Shown piece after piece: positions 25,328-38,440 of a DNA stretch of 64,000 bases. Position 1 is the first letter of the stretch, and each line of letters begins with the position of its first letter. Source of the stretch: Paramecium tetraurelia (Eukaryota); assembly GCA_000165425.1 (NCBI GenBank), contig CT868097.1, positions 440,867-504,866 of the forward strand. The letters run 5' to 3'. A program made the translations under genes and the position numbers. The notes beneath the pieces were generated by a model. That model was not told where the DNA came from and searched no databases. It worked only from the letters and a program-made list of their open reading frames with translations.

Positions 25328-26176
25328 TCATTAACAATTATTTGAGTCACAAATCTGACAATAGGATTCCAAATTATTAGCTAGCGGTGTTCCAATCCAA
25401 AAAAAGAAACATTTTTTGCATTTCTCAAATTTAACTGAGTTATGATATCTTTAAACAATGAATTTAATTTAATTTAAGAAGTATAATTCAAGAATACCTC
25501 TATTTAATATATTTCTCAATATATTGCTTTTTATTCTTTCATTGCAACTAATACAATTCAAATAGTATTATCCTTAGATTATTTATTATTAGAGTTACTC
25601 TCTTAAACAGTCCTTATGATAACTGTGTTTACAAAACAATTTATAATTATCATAATCTATATATGTAAAACATATTTTGCATTTAATTATATCCTAAACT
25701 GATTATCTTATTTGTATTCTATATGAATTACTATTACTAACATTTTGATTGATATATCTTGAAGACACATTTGGTAGTTTATAAGAATTTAATGAGCAGT
25801 TCTCACTGTTATGCAGTCTAAAGTTCTCCTTTTTCTTTTATTTCTTAAAGTTAATAGGTTTTAATAATTCCAGTAATTTATTTTGTGAATTCTATACCTG
25901 TTAATACTCCTTTAATTGTTTTTGAGGATTTTAGATTATTAATTCATTTATTGAATAAACATTTGATGCTTTATCTTTTTATTTGATTGATGATTCTTTT
26001 GCTTAAATCTTGTATTCTAAAGATTATATTATTGGTGCTGATTTCTTCAAACTTGGTTTCATATTGATTTTTGGAACATTCTAAGGTAAAGTCTTCTATT
26101 TTTAATAGCATTCATCAAAAAGTAGATCGATTAGGGTCATCCTATCCCTTGAACTATTTGGAAGTTATTTTGCCAT
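25328..26176 (-). CDS. RING-finger protein followed by a partial IBR-like Cys cluster
   Basis: CKIC...LFCKHSYHKDCL...CISC, then KCKKC...YCQICD near the TGA. Confidence 0.75.
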
Positions 26177-26365
26177 ATTTATTGATCTATACAAAATATA
26201 TTATTATATTTTTCTTATTATTTAAAACAAAATAGAAACTATATTGTTAATTTTGAATTAACATAATGTAGGTGTAGTTATTTCAATACAATATAGATTA
26301 ATAACAAAAATATTGTTAAAGACTCTAACTATCGATATTTAAAATACATATGACAAAAATATGTT

Positions 26366-27235
26366 TCAAAATAAGTTTTATGTTAAGAAATCGTATTAAT
26401 TTTTAAAGTATGTCTCCAAATAATCTTAGGCTGAATTTTAATGATCACTCTCAACTTTCTACTTTAAGACAAATGCAATAAATTTAGTTGGAATGACTTT
26501 ATTGCATATACAATTAATCTGTAATTATTTCTTTGAGATTTGTTAAGTAATTAATTCGTATAAGCAATTTTAATGATAATGGTGCAAACAATCTGGTTGG
26601 AAGATATTAGTTTAAATCTTTGTCTGACAAATGTAACAAATTATATCAATCTCTAAAAGTGAACACTGACTTTCGCTATTCTTTCTTGAATACTGACCAG
26701 CTACTTCTTGTTCCTCTAAGGGCTCTATAATCATCTATTAATTTATTTGTATTTGATTATTTTGTAAATTAGTTTATTATTATTCTTATATATGTTTATT
26801 TATTCTATTTTACATCCTATTTCTATTAATTTATCTATATTTTTAGTGAAGCAACTTGTTTTTAGATATTTAGTATCCCTCAATACATTTTTAAGAAGAA
26901 TATCTTTTTAAATCGGTTAACTTTTATTCTTGATTTCTTTTGGGAGACAAATCACGATGGATATTTTTTTTTTAAATCTTAGGTTTTGCCTATTTTTTTA
27001 AAAAAGCATTTCTAATTTATTCATCGAAATGTTTCATAGGTTAATTACTGCTATTATCGTCATCAATTGAAATAGAAGGCTCAATAACTATCTATTTCTA
27101 TATATCTTTGGGTGTATTATTTTCAAGGTCTTACTTATTTTGGATATCTATCTTTACATCTTCATGCGTTTAAGGTTATTCAGTATTTTAATTCGACACT
27201 TCTTTTGATTTATTCCGCGATTCAAAGCATCCCAT
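26366..27235 (-). CDS. RING-finger protein with N-terminal MGC acylation motif
   Basis: MGCFESR start; CYIC...PDCLHHYHQNCL...NCIC near the C-terminus. Confidence 0.75.
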
Positions 27236-27463
27236 GATTGGGAAAGATTTTATTTAAATTAATTACTCAATAAATATTCTGTTTTTGTTATAAAGTAATA
27301 TCTTGAATATCTAGAATATGTAAATTATAAAACTATTAAATATAATTTATTATCTCATAAATATTTAGCTAGATCAGAGAATACTAATAATTAATGAAAT
27401 AATTAATTATGAAAACACAAATTAAAGTAATTTCTTAATTATTTATTTTTGCTTTTATTATAC

Positions 27464-28756
27464 TCATCTAATTTTAGCTCTTAAGGCTTCTATTTCAGCA
27501 CACATAAGAACTATTAATGATTACAAATCTTATATTTATCTTTTTAACATTCTATCATCAAATGGTTTAGCATTTCTAAGTTTCTCCAATTCTTTTAACA
27601 ATTCCTGAATTTGTCTTTCATAATCAGCAATAATGTCTGAAGCATTCACTTATTACTATTTAATATTATTATTAGCATTGCTCATTTAAGATTACAATAA
27701 TTATTAAGCTTTAAGCCTATCCTACGCCAATTAATTCTATGCTTCCAGATCTTTGAGTTGTCTTTCTAATTGCTTAATCCTATTTTCAGCATCTCGAAGT
27801 TTATTGAGTGTATCTTATAAATTATCTTCTGTTTCTCTTAATTATTTTTACAGACTATAAATTAAATCTTACATCTAATCAACCTTTTTTTAATCAACTC
27901 CTTATGGTGCTGCTTAAACTGCTTGTTTAGCATTTTGTGCATCAGCTAATTATTTTTTTAATTTTTCAATCTCCTCCAAAGCCTTCTAAAGGTCAAGTTC
28001 AGCCTTCTTTGCTTTTTTTTCGTTTGCTTCTGCTGAAGTTCTCAAATCATCATTGGCTCTTAATTAATTATTGTATTTAGTATTTAATTCATCAATTTCC
28101 TATTGCTATAATTAAATTTTATTATTCAAACTTTAAATAATTTACTGCAATCTTATGATTTCTGTTTTTTGAATCAAAATTTATTTTAGAGCTTTTTCAG
28201 TGGGGGTTTCCGATTCCAATTCAGCTAATCTATCTTCGAGTAATTTAACCTTATTTCTTTCATCTTCTAATTCTTATTATGTTTAACTTAGTTCTATCTA
28301 GAGTTATTGGTAGTCAAGCTATTTTTTTGTTAATAAGTCTTTCAATCTTTCAACTTCCTCAGCCAATCTGGTTGCTTTAAGAACCATATCTCTATTGCTA
28401 AGTTCGAATTGTTTGTATTCTTGTAAAGCTAAATCCAATCGTTGTGCCTTGTTTTTCCATTCCTCTACTTCATTTCCTTATTGAAAAACGATAACATTCA
28501 ATCTTTCGATTTCTGCTATCAAAATATCATTTCTATGATTTGCATCTCTGAGCAACGCTTCTGCTTGTGTAAATTAATTCATTCTGTTCTCCATTTGATT
28601 TATTTATGTTTTATAACTTGATATCACTTATTTGTATTAGTTAATCTCGTCCTGTTAGTCTTTAATATTAATGATAACATTACGTTTAATAATTTAGTTT
28701 TAATCATCTATTTGGGCTTAAAGATCAATCCATTTTTCATTGTCAAAAGTTTCCAT
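27464..28756 (-). CDS. Coiled-coil protein (ciliate 'AEIERL'-type family)
   Basis: METFDNEKWIDLQAQ...; DILIAEIERLNV...EVEEWKNKAQRL; ends VLMCAEIEALRAKIR-TGA. Confidence 0.75.
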
Positions 28757-28808
28757 TTAATTGAAATAATAAATTTTATTTAATATTTATTGTAAAATTT
28801 TTACATAA

Positions 28809-29459
28809 TCATGGTCTTCTTTAATAATTTAAATGTGTTTATTGGATGTACATAGGTTGTTGCTATTATGGATATTAAAGCGGTTAACTTTGATAAACTT
28901 ACTTTGATTAATTGCCAATATGTTTTGATTGTGAAGATTACTATTGTTATGGTTGCTACTGCTACTATTGATGTTATTATATGTAAGGAGTCTACTATTG
29001 TTAATGACTTGGGTATTATTTAATGGTTGGGTTTCCTTTTATAGGTACGTTCTGCATAACAGTTTAAACCTGAGGTTTTGTATTTTGTTATTTACTTAAT
29101 AATTACTAGATCGTTTTTGGATCCAATTAGGGTTAAGATTTCACGTCCTTTGGTTATTAAAATTATTTGGAAGCACTATTAAGCTATTTTTAAAGATGTT
29201 CATTTTTTTATCTTTCTTAGTTTAATTCTTAAGTCAGCTATTCTAATTTTTTATCCTTAACTTCCAAAGCTTCTTTGAGTTTTTTTATTTAATTTTCATA
29301 TTCTTTAATTTAGTGATTATCCTTATTAGATGTATTGTTGTTATTTTTCGAAAGTTCTTCTTTTGATTTGATAATCTGCCTTTCATATGCCATTCTATTT
29401 AATTCCATTGTCAATAAGAGCATCTTAGGGTCTTCTGGAATTTGTTCTGGTTATTCCAT
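28809..29459 (-). CDS. Hypothetical coiled-coil/Gln-rich protein
   Basis: MEQPEQIPEDPKMLLLTMELNRMAYER...QPMYIQQTHLNYQRRP-TGA. Confidence 0.65.
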
Positions 29460-29911
29460 TATAATAATAATTTATTTATTGTAATAAATGATCACGTTAA
29501 AAATGATTTATTATTCATAAACATTTTCAATTGAGCTATTGAATCCACATTCTAATTTAATTTGGTATTTAGACAAACAACTAATAATATCTAGGGGATG
29601 AAAGCTTAGATATTTATATCAAAATTGAGGTTTAATAGAATTTGGACATTAATATATAATTTAAACTTTAATATTTGTTCATAATTGAATTTTGGACAAA
29701 GAGCTTCAAAATATGAATAGAAATTTATAATTATTTAATCCACTCTAAAGTTGCATTTAAATTTGAACCTATGATGAAATTACTATTATTTAGAGTTTTC
29801 ACTTTAATTTGTCGTTTTCAACGATTTAATTATAGTATGTTTTTTAATATCGGACAGGTAGTAAATATCTATTAAACCATTTTGTTTGGATCATTAAATT
29901 TGAATATTATA

Positions 29912-30302
29912 ATGGATCTTCCTATTTGTTATTTTAATGAAGTTTAAATTAAAGAATTGGGAGTAGAAACCTAGAAAATCAAAGTTAGTTTAGATTTGGT
30001 AATAAATATTTCATCTTTTAAAGAATTTCAGTTATTTTATCTAGATAACAATACTTAAGTTATTTAAGTGTGATAAGGGATCATTTGTTTGATTTAGGAA
30101 GAGAATTTGCTATGAAAAGATTTGCTAATTTGGATTCTAAAATGAAATTTATTGTTTAAACATTGATTGATTTTCGAATAAAAAAACTGGAAATTTTTGC
30201 ATAATAGATTTTGTAGAATGCTTTAGACTATATGAGGAGAACAATGAGAAAGGATCATTGAGGAATAAGTGTAATTTACGAGTTTGTAAGAAAAAGATTT
30301 GA
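29912..30302 (+). CDS. Possible small hypothetical protein
   Basis: MDLPICYFNEVQIKELGVETQKIKVSLDL followed by an intron-like gtaat...aaag; downstream frame unresolved. Confidence 0.35.
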
Positions 30303-30370
30303 ATATATTTAAGTAAATATTGAGTTTCTATTTTTTTAAAATATATTTTATACAACAACACATTTATCTA

Positions 30371-30929
30371 TCATAACATTTAATCTATTAAATATTCCAC
30401 AAATATCTTTGCATTAGGAGTCGAAGCGCGTTGTGCTATTGAATTTACAAGGTCATTTCTCTCCTAATGCAATAGACTACTGATTTTTTTTTATTTTTCA
30501 CATAATATTTCATAAGACTCATTAGAATGGTGGTTTTGTTTGTTTGTTTCTTTATTTTATTCAGTTATATTATTTTGTTAATCAAGTACTTCCCACCTAT
30601 ATCTTAAATATTTATAATATCGGTTCTTAACCATAGCCAAAGTTTTGCCAGGGAAATGCTTATGAATTTTTTGGAATTTTGGCCCAATACTTTGAACCAA
30701 TTCTAAAATTAATCTATCCTCTTCTGGTGTGAATTTTTATCCTGGCTTCCTATTGCTAAGACCTTCAGTAATTCTTCTATTATAATTTTATGATTGAATA
30801 CTCATATTTTTTTGGTTATTTCTTTTTTCCAGATAAGGTTCTATCTTGTTCCTCTTAATCTTCTTAATCGCCCCCATTCTCCTGTTCTTAATCTAATTCT
30901 TTGTCTATTTCTTATTCTTGACTAGACAT
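30371..30929 (-). CDS. Single Myb/SANT-domain protein
   Basis: KFTPEEDRLILELVQSIGPKFQKIHKHFPGKTLAMVKNRYYKYLR. Confidence 0.9.
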
Positions 30930-31078
30930 AAAAATTAAATAAATTTGTTTATTATTCAAACGCAATTATTTATTAGAAACTAATATTATTGAACATGTTC
31001 TCAAACCTACTCCCTAATTTTCTGTTCAATTAAGAGAGTTATTAAATAATTTAATTTGACATTTATTTTAAATAAAAA

Positions 31079-31359
31079 TCATTTGTTTCCTAATACTTTA
31101 ACCATTAATTCTCCTAATCTCTAAAATTCTGTTCGGCTTATCTTACTGTCATTGTTTGTATCCAAATAAGATAACATGTAATCAATTTCCTTTTTCGTTG
31201 GTTACTAGTGTATTTTAGAATACAAACCTGGGAATTCATTTCCATAGCCAAATTATACAACAATGTATTTAATTCATCTTTTTCAATAAATCCTGAATGA
31301 TTTTTGTCATAGCGATCAAAAACACGGTTTGAGAATTCAGATAGTTATAAACTGTTCAT
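31079..31359 (-). CDS. Small two-EF-hand calcium-binding protein
   Basis: VFDRYDKNHSGFIEKDEL and YLDTNNDSKISRTEF; one 23-nt intron. Confidence 0.9.
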
Positions 31360-31425
31360 ACTAAATTTGTATATTTTTTTTATTAAATACACTTAATATA
31401 ATATAAGTTTAAAATTTAGTGATTC

Positions 31426-32593
31426 TCATATTTTAAATGTCTAAATCTTAGTGTCAAATCTCATATGCATTTCTTATATAAATGTCTTGCTGATTTTGAC
31501 ATTGAGGGAAGCATCAAGCAACTCATCCCAATCCACCTCCAACTCATTATCATCAATTCGATAATTCTATTGGCTAAGAATGCAGATAATTCCAGTCATA
31601 TCTTCACTCATCAAAATCTCTTAATGATAAAGGAGAAAACCAATGATCAATTGATAGATGTATGTCCAACCATACCTGAAGATACAATCGAACAATTTCA
31701 CTTGTTTCTGGATTGGGATCATCATTCCAAATAATGAAAACAACCACGAGGCACAAAACATGTCCACTTTCACACCGTTGATACAGAAATGTTAGTATAG
31801 GTCTGGCATCTTGGTTAGGATGAGATAATCAATCAATTAGATATGTTTCGATAAACCAGGAGACCTACTATTATATTAACTTACATAGGCGAATAAAGAT
31901 CATTCATTTATAGTTGATCCATGAGTTTTCTGAGTAGTTCAAAAGCCACATAATTGTCAGAATGATAAATCAGTCCAGCGGCAACAAAGTTCATTCCTTA
32001 CATGTAACCAACAATTTTGTTGTATTTAGAATATGCACTCAAAACCTATTGTAAATCTGATAGTTTTTAAGGGTAATTCTTAAGTGGATGAGTTCTTTCA
32101 ACATCAAGATTTATTTGTTTGATGATCTTTGGTTCACATTTACTTTCCAATAGATTAGAGTATTTAGACTTTAATTTTTCAGTGTCGTAATTTCCTAACC
32201 ACTCCTTAGCCTTGATACAAGTATTATTTTAATAAGGCAAGCATTTACAAGGATCAACTTCCCGAGTGAATAGTCTCATTATTTTATTTATCACACTTTC
32301 CTCTTTCTCTTTTGGTCTAATATCATCATATGTTAATGTACTAAATCCTTAAACTGAACACACAGTTTAATTACTTCCACATCTTTATGGAACCTTGATT
32401 ATTTATATCTGCTAAATGAACTCAAGTTAATTACCTTAGGTTATTTTGGATAATGAATTGTCTTGGAATCTCTATTTACCCCTGTCACATTAATATTTCT
32501 AGTTTGTTGGGTATGCTTTGGATTCTCGATAGTCGGTTCGAATTTCTTTTCCAATTATCCATGGGAGGACCTACCTTAAAATTGCTCGGACAT
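31426..32593 (-). CDS. TBC-domain Rab GTPase-activating protein
   Basis: QINLDVERT (Arg finger), VLSAYSKYNKIVGYMQGMNFVAA (Gln finger) and MFCASWLFSLF. Confidence 0.92.
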
Positions 32594-32622
32594 TCGTTAA
32601 AATATTAATTAATTATAATATA

Positions 32623-33656
32623 ATGCATTCAAGTCGATCAGCTCCCTCATGTAACTTATGATTTAATCTAGTAATGACTATTGAATAAATGTACAGTGTT
32701 GTGAGAGGCGAAACAGGGGCTTGGGGTATTGAAGGATACGAAGTCCCCAAGAAGTATTGCGACCCTCTAAAGCAAGTCTAAGAAAGAGAGTTCTTTGCAG
32801 GCAAATTAAAGAAACCTCCCACAATTACAAAAAGAGGACATTTTTTAGATGACATTGCCAAACCATTTAGAAATCGTAAGGTCCCTGTGCAATATAATGT
32901 TGAATACAAGTGGGTAAACGAGAAAGATAAGGAAAGAAAAAGGTAAATGCATCATCATTCCATTTATTTAGATCGAAAAGTGAATTACTCAAGAGAAATA
33001 CATTCATAGATGATATATTCCTCCAGAATACTAAACAAAACTACCCTAAACCTGGGCCAGGAAAGTATGATGAGAATAGATCCATTGAGAATCAAGCTAA
33101 AAAATGGAATGGCAAAGCTAAAATTCAATATGGAGACAAACCAGACTTCGTTTAAGACTATTAACACTTAGGAGCTGTCTTACCAGCAGGTCCAGGCAGC
33201 TATAATCCACACGTATTCCTTCATTTTAATAATAAAGCCTATCCTACCCAAATTAAAACACAATAATACAAATCCAAAGGTTATGATTGCTAAACATAAA
33301 GATTTTGATAAGTTTAAGCTAGAAATGATTAAAAATTATCCTAAACCAGATTGTACTAAATATAAGCCATATCCTGTTGATTATAATACATTCGGTAGAT
33401 CTTTAGAATTGCTCTATGATAAAAAAAAAATAGAGCCAGCCAAAATTAAATATTGGGTACCATAAAATCATTAGTCTAGGGTAATCCTTCTAAACCAGTG
33501 ACAAGAAATAAGTCAGAGGCAAAGATTCCTCCCTAATATAACTTAATTGCTTATTGGCCTGGAAAAGATGATGGAAGTGCTAAGAATAAAGAGCAGAAAA
33601 AATTTAATTGGATGAATAAAGTCACAAAAGGAATTTAATCATCAATATATTATTGA
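32623..33656 (+). CDS. SHIPPO/PG-rich-repeat (STPG/ODF3-like) ciliary microtubule-associated protein
   Basis: Motifs PKPGPGKY and PAGPGSYNP; WGIEGYEVPK near the N-terminus; ends KGIQSSIYY-TGA; several short introns. Confidence 0.6.
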
Positions 33657-34457
33657 TAGAAAAATATAATAGTCATTATTTATAAATAATTTTTATCGAA
33701 TTAAGCAAACCTATTATGTCCTTGTATTAGTGTTATTATTTTATCTCAAAAGTCTTACAATTCCGATTGGTGCTTAAGAAAATGATGTGTTTAAAAAATT
33801 ATATAATAGACATAATTTTTCTTTCTGATAGATTAGGATTTTATTACCTTTCCAGAAGAACTATAAGGATTAATATATAAATGAAATGAGGATGATAACA
33901 ACTTATTGGTTAAAGTATAGAAGAGAGTATAAAAATAATAAAAATCTTATATTTCTAATTAAAAATGTGAACGAAAGATTATTGAGATTTTGAGAAGTTA
34001 TATATATGAATTGGGAAGTACTTTTGATATTCTCAGATTGATTTATGGAAAAAAATCCATTCTAGTGTTGGAGGATTTTTTATATTAAAAATGAGACCTT
34101 AAAATTAAGAAGAGAAGCATGAAACCTATCATGGTTGTTTGATAAATAGGAAATACAAAGATTTGGAATGAAAAACAATATTCATTTTTCGATAATCGCT
34201 TGAAAATTTAATATTTACTTTTTAGTTTGACAGGAGAATTATGAAGAAGATAGATGGAATAAAATGTTGTTTCATTTCATCAGAAGTGATTAAGAGTGTG
34301 TTGATTAAAATTTGAATGAGCATTAAAATAATAGTTATGGTTTATTAGTGATTTGGGGATGGTTGGCAATTGGAAATCTAAAGTAAATTCTTTATTTAAT
34401 GGTTTTGTTAAGAATATAAAGTATTTTATTAAAGATTTTTAAAAAATTTAAAATAAT

Positions 34458-34873
34458 ATGTAAATTTTTGTTAAGACCCTCACGGGCAAGACCATCACAC
34501 TCGATGTCGAGCCATCTGATACTATCGATGCTGTTAAGGCAAAGATCTAAGACAAAGAAGGAATCCCTCCCGATTAATAAAGATTGATTTTTGCTGGAAA
34601 GCAATTGGAGGATGGAAGAACTCTTTCCGATTATAACATCTAAAAGGAATCAACTCTCCATTTAGTATTGAGACTCAGAGGAGGTGGTATGGAGCCAACC
34701 ATTGCTGCTATTGCCAAAAAGTATAACGTTGAAAAAAAAATATGCAGAGTTTGCTATGCCAGGTATTGAATTGATTGATTATTGTTAGATTACCACCAAA
34801 AGCCCATAATTGCAGAAAGAGAAAGTGTGGACATTCAAACTAATTAAGAATCAAGAAGAAGCCCAAGGATTGA
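34458..34873 (+). CDS. UBA52: Ubiquitin-60S ribosomal protein L40 fusion
   Basis: [11 protein letters not shown]...LRLRGG with conserved Gln positions encoded by TAA, then [45 protein letters not shown]; 26-nt intron at 34763-34788. Confidence 0.98.
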
Positions 34874-34941
34874 TATAAATATGAATAGTACAATAATAAA
34901 TAAATATGTTTTATCATTCGAATTCATTTATTTAATTAGTT

Positions 34942-35324
34942 ATGAATCCTCCATAATAAACTAATCCCGAATACTTCCCCCCTCCAACCTATTACTGCAA
35001 CAAGAGTGGACATTAGTTGACTTGGAAATCAAGTAGTGGTCACCCATGTGCAGAATGTAAGAATAAAAATTGCAGATCTCGCTATTGGTGCTAGTAATGC
35101 TCAGAAGCATTCTGTTTGCAATGCATGCCTCCCCCCTTGTTTGGGATTATGTGTGGAGCAGGACATCCGTAAACTCTTAATTACTATTATAAAGGATGAA
35201 ATTGAGCATTGTACCTCATCACGTTTGCGATTACTGTAGTGAGACAATATAAAATCAAGCACATAGATGCTAAATATGTGACTTCGACGTATGTCCGAAT
35301 TGTCTACTGCAAAAAGAGGATTGA
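34942..35324 (+). CDS. Small Cys/His-rich protein with two C1/ZZ-like zinc-binding modules
   Basis: CNKSGHQL...CAEC...YWCQQCSEAFCLQC and CGAGHP-M...CDYC...HRCQICDFDVCPNC; one intron. Confidence 0.8.
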
Positions 35325-35458
35325 TTTTGTATTAAATAGTGCAAATATTTACTTATAAAAGTCTCAATTAAGTGTCTTTATGATAATTAATATTCATAAT
35401 TGGTTTGATCGAGAGATAACGTGCATTAAGGCTCAATAAAAGTTTTATATAATAATAT

Positions 35459-37531
35459 ATGAATAAGTTATATATTGAATCGATAAAGGTGTCGGCAGAA
35501 TTGATCCCTATTGACATTTATTTTCTCCTGAAGATCGGTGAACATTGTCAGTTTTCAAACATTCTAAGTGTAAACACGTCAATCGACATTTATATTCTAG
35601 TTGTAATAGCAATCTCAAACATGCAACATGTGCATTCAGTATTAAGCCAGGGAGAAGTAGCCCATTTCGATTGAATGTTGGGCATATGACTAGCATTTAG
35701 TACCTAAGGCATTCTTCGGCAAAGAAACATTGACGAATACTACACGCAAGATCACATTGGATGGAATGGAGATTTAAATTCGGCAATCTCAATAGGAAAG
35801 GAGCAGAACCCCAGAGATCGCTATGAAAAGAGATGCCTCGCCCTTCGGTAGGAGAGATTTAACTCCGAAAAGAGAGAAAAAATGATCTATACTCATCTTT
35901 TCAGGTGGGGTTGTAGAAGTTATTTCAATATCTTTTTTAATGTAAATATCAAATCGACAAAATTTGTGTTTTCTTCAATGTCTGTGTATCGAGATGAAAG
36001 CATTTTGAAAGGACTTCTGCGGGGTAAAACTATAGAGTAAGGGGCAGAGTTACACTTATTCATATTGGTTGAATAGAATGTGAGGAAGATCATTCAAGTG
36101 AATATTAATATGATGGTTAGGAAGCAATTAAATATCAAAGACACTTCAGAAAGAAGTAACTCAATTCCTAGGATATTGAATTGGCTATCAAGGATCAAAA
36201 TTTGCTGAAGGTACTGTGACCCTAATCATTTTAGTCTGAGATCTATGGGTTTTAATATATGGATAGTATTAATTTATCCAAAAGAATGGACGAGTATGTG
36301 CTCAACGATCAAGTATAGAATCTCAATATTCAAGAGCTTGGATCTAAGAGATCTAATTTCGCATTAGATGAGGACAGTTAAAATCCCTCTCGGATTTCCC
36401 TCTCTTTCCATATTCAATGTAATGAAAGAATATTAGATGATCAATTCCCAGGAGACACAATCCATAAGTAAATTCCCTCTCAATTTATTTAAGTGCAATA
36501 CAAGGACATCATGTAAACAGAGTCATTCTAGAATGTGGAGAGCAAAAAGACTTTCAATATAATAAAGGACAATGTGATGAGTATCTTGACAGTTCATTAA
36601 TAATCCATCGTGAAAAATTTTAAGGATTTATTTGAAAAAGAAGTAATAAGTCTGAAATTCAATTTTTCTCAAGAGTTTGTTTAATGTAATTCGATGTTCT
36701 ATGGCTTCTAGTGCTCTCTGATTTGGAAAGCTACAAGGACGTGGCTCAGATAGTTCCATTTATTGTTCAATATTTATATAGTTAGTAGGATTAGGTTTAG
36801 CTGTTTTATTACAAGCATAGATGTGTGATAATTGAATGTTTGAATAGATTGATAATCAACAATTAGATAAATCTGGAATTTTAGGTATCTCCTCTACAAA
36901 TTATAAACAATAGTTGCATCAAATCCTGAAAATCTTAGTTAAATTTTTAACTGCTAAAATCATAGAAATCAACATCAAATCATAGATAGAACTTCAAATA
37001 AAGACAGCCAGATGTTTGAATTATTTGCTTGATAAATTTAATTTGAAATATTAAGCATTAAGGCAGAATATTGATAGAGTGATTCTGGAAAAGTTCGAAA
37101 GAGTCAAAAGCAAAATTGAATAGAAATGCTCTCACAAATCACTATTAAAGGCGTATTCGATAGTTCAATACTTTATTGAGCAAAATGTGAGTGTTCAACA
37201 TCTGAAATTCATTGAACAAATGAGTGAATTGATAAGAAAGATGGAGCAAGGAAGAAAATCGATCACAGAATTGAATCCCGATTTTGACCACATTGCTGGA
37301 CTAATATGTTTATCCTTAGGAGTATTTATTCATTTGAAATGATAGACTATTTTGATCAAAATAATTAATGGATTGGAATATCTGTAGCCCAATTATGAAA
37401 ATCAATTTTATCATATTATCAATAATACAAGATAGTTGATGTAAGAAATGGGATTATATGAAATGCTTATAATGCAATATATGAAACGCTTATAATGCAA
37501 TAGTATGTTTTAGGAGCATATGATTTTATGA
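35459..37531 (+). CDS. Hypothetical protein (about 640 aa)
   Basis: Long code-6 coding region with several GT-AG mini-introns; no family recognised. Confidence 0.6.
37455..37502. repeat. 23-bp tandem duplication with one mismatch
   Basis: TATATGAAATGCTTATAATGCAA followed immediately by TATATGAAACGCTTATAATGCAA, then TA. Confidence 0.9.
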
Positions 37532-37589
37532 TTATTATATACCTTAATTTTATTTGAACACCAGTATTTAATAATTTAAATTAAATTCA

Positions 37590-38387
37590 ATGTCAAGGAG
37601 ATACGACTAAAAGACTAATACCTTCACTCCAGATGGCAGATTAAAATAGGTGGAATATGCCATTGAGGCAATTAATTAAACGGGATCCGCACTTGGAGTC
37701 TTAACTAACGATGGCATGATTTTAGCTACTGAAAAATAAGAAGTATCTCATTTACTAGAACATTCAAAACATTCTGAAAAAATCTATCCAATTGATCGAC
37801 ACATATTTTCAGTTGTCTCAGGTCACACTGCTGATGCAAATATTTTAATTAATTATGCCAGAGAAGCTGCTGCCAATCATAGGTATATTATTAATCAAAT
37901 CATAGATATTAGTTTTAAGATAACATTGGTTTAGAATAATTGATCATAAACATATGTGATTATAAGCAGAATAAAACCTAAGTGGGAGGACAAAGACCAT
38001 TTGGAACAGCATTCTTATTCGCAGGCTATGATAAGGAAAATGGTTTTCAATTATTCAGTACTGATCCATCAGGTAATTATGCAGGTTGGAAAGCAACAGC
38101 TATAGGAAAAAATAACTTAGCAGCCAATAGCTACTTAAAATAGGATTACAAAGATAATTTAACCTTAGAATAAGTAAGATCATCTTAGAATTTATTAGGG
38201 ATTGGATATTGCTATTAAAGCACTCGTGAAAACTATGGATACATCATCTCCTCAGCCTTCTAAAATTGAGATTGTCGTTATCAGCAAACTAGGAAAAGAA
38301 GTTAAGAGTAAAACCTATAATGAAAAAGAGGTTTTGAGTTTGCTTTAAAAAAATGGTTTTAGTAATGAATAAATGCAACAGGAATGA
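37590..38387 (+). CDS. PSMA4: 20S proteasome subunit alpha3 (alpha type-4, Pre9)
   Basis: [46 protein letters not shown] and LKQDYK; two introns. Confidence 0.95.
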
Positions 38388-38440
38388 TATATCCTTCAAA
38401 AAGGAAACATTAATTTGTTCATTAAATATTTATTATATTT

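Noticed and set aside
33660..34450. About 800-nt gap upstream of UBA52, checked for C/D snoRNA or a gene
   Set aside because: Only an imperfect C box (ATGATGT) with no convincing terminal stem or guide, and no coherent ORF; possibly promoter or decayed gene.
34392..34604. 70-aa minus-strand ORF
   Set aside because: Antisense shadow of ubiquitin in UBA52.
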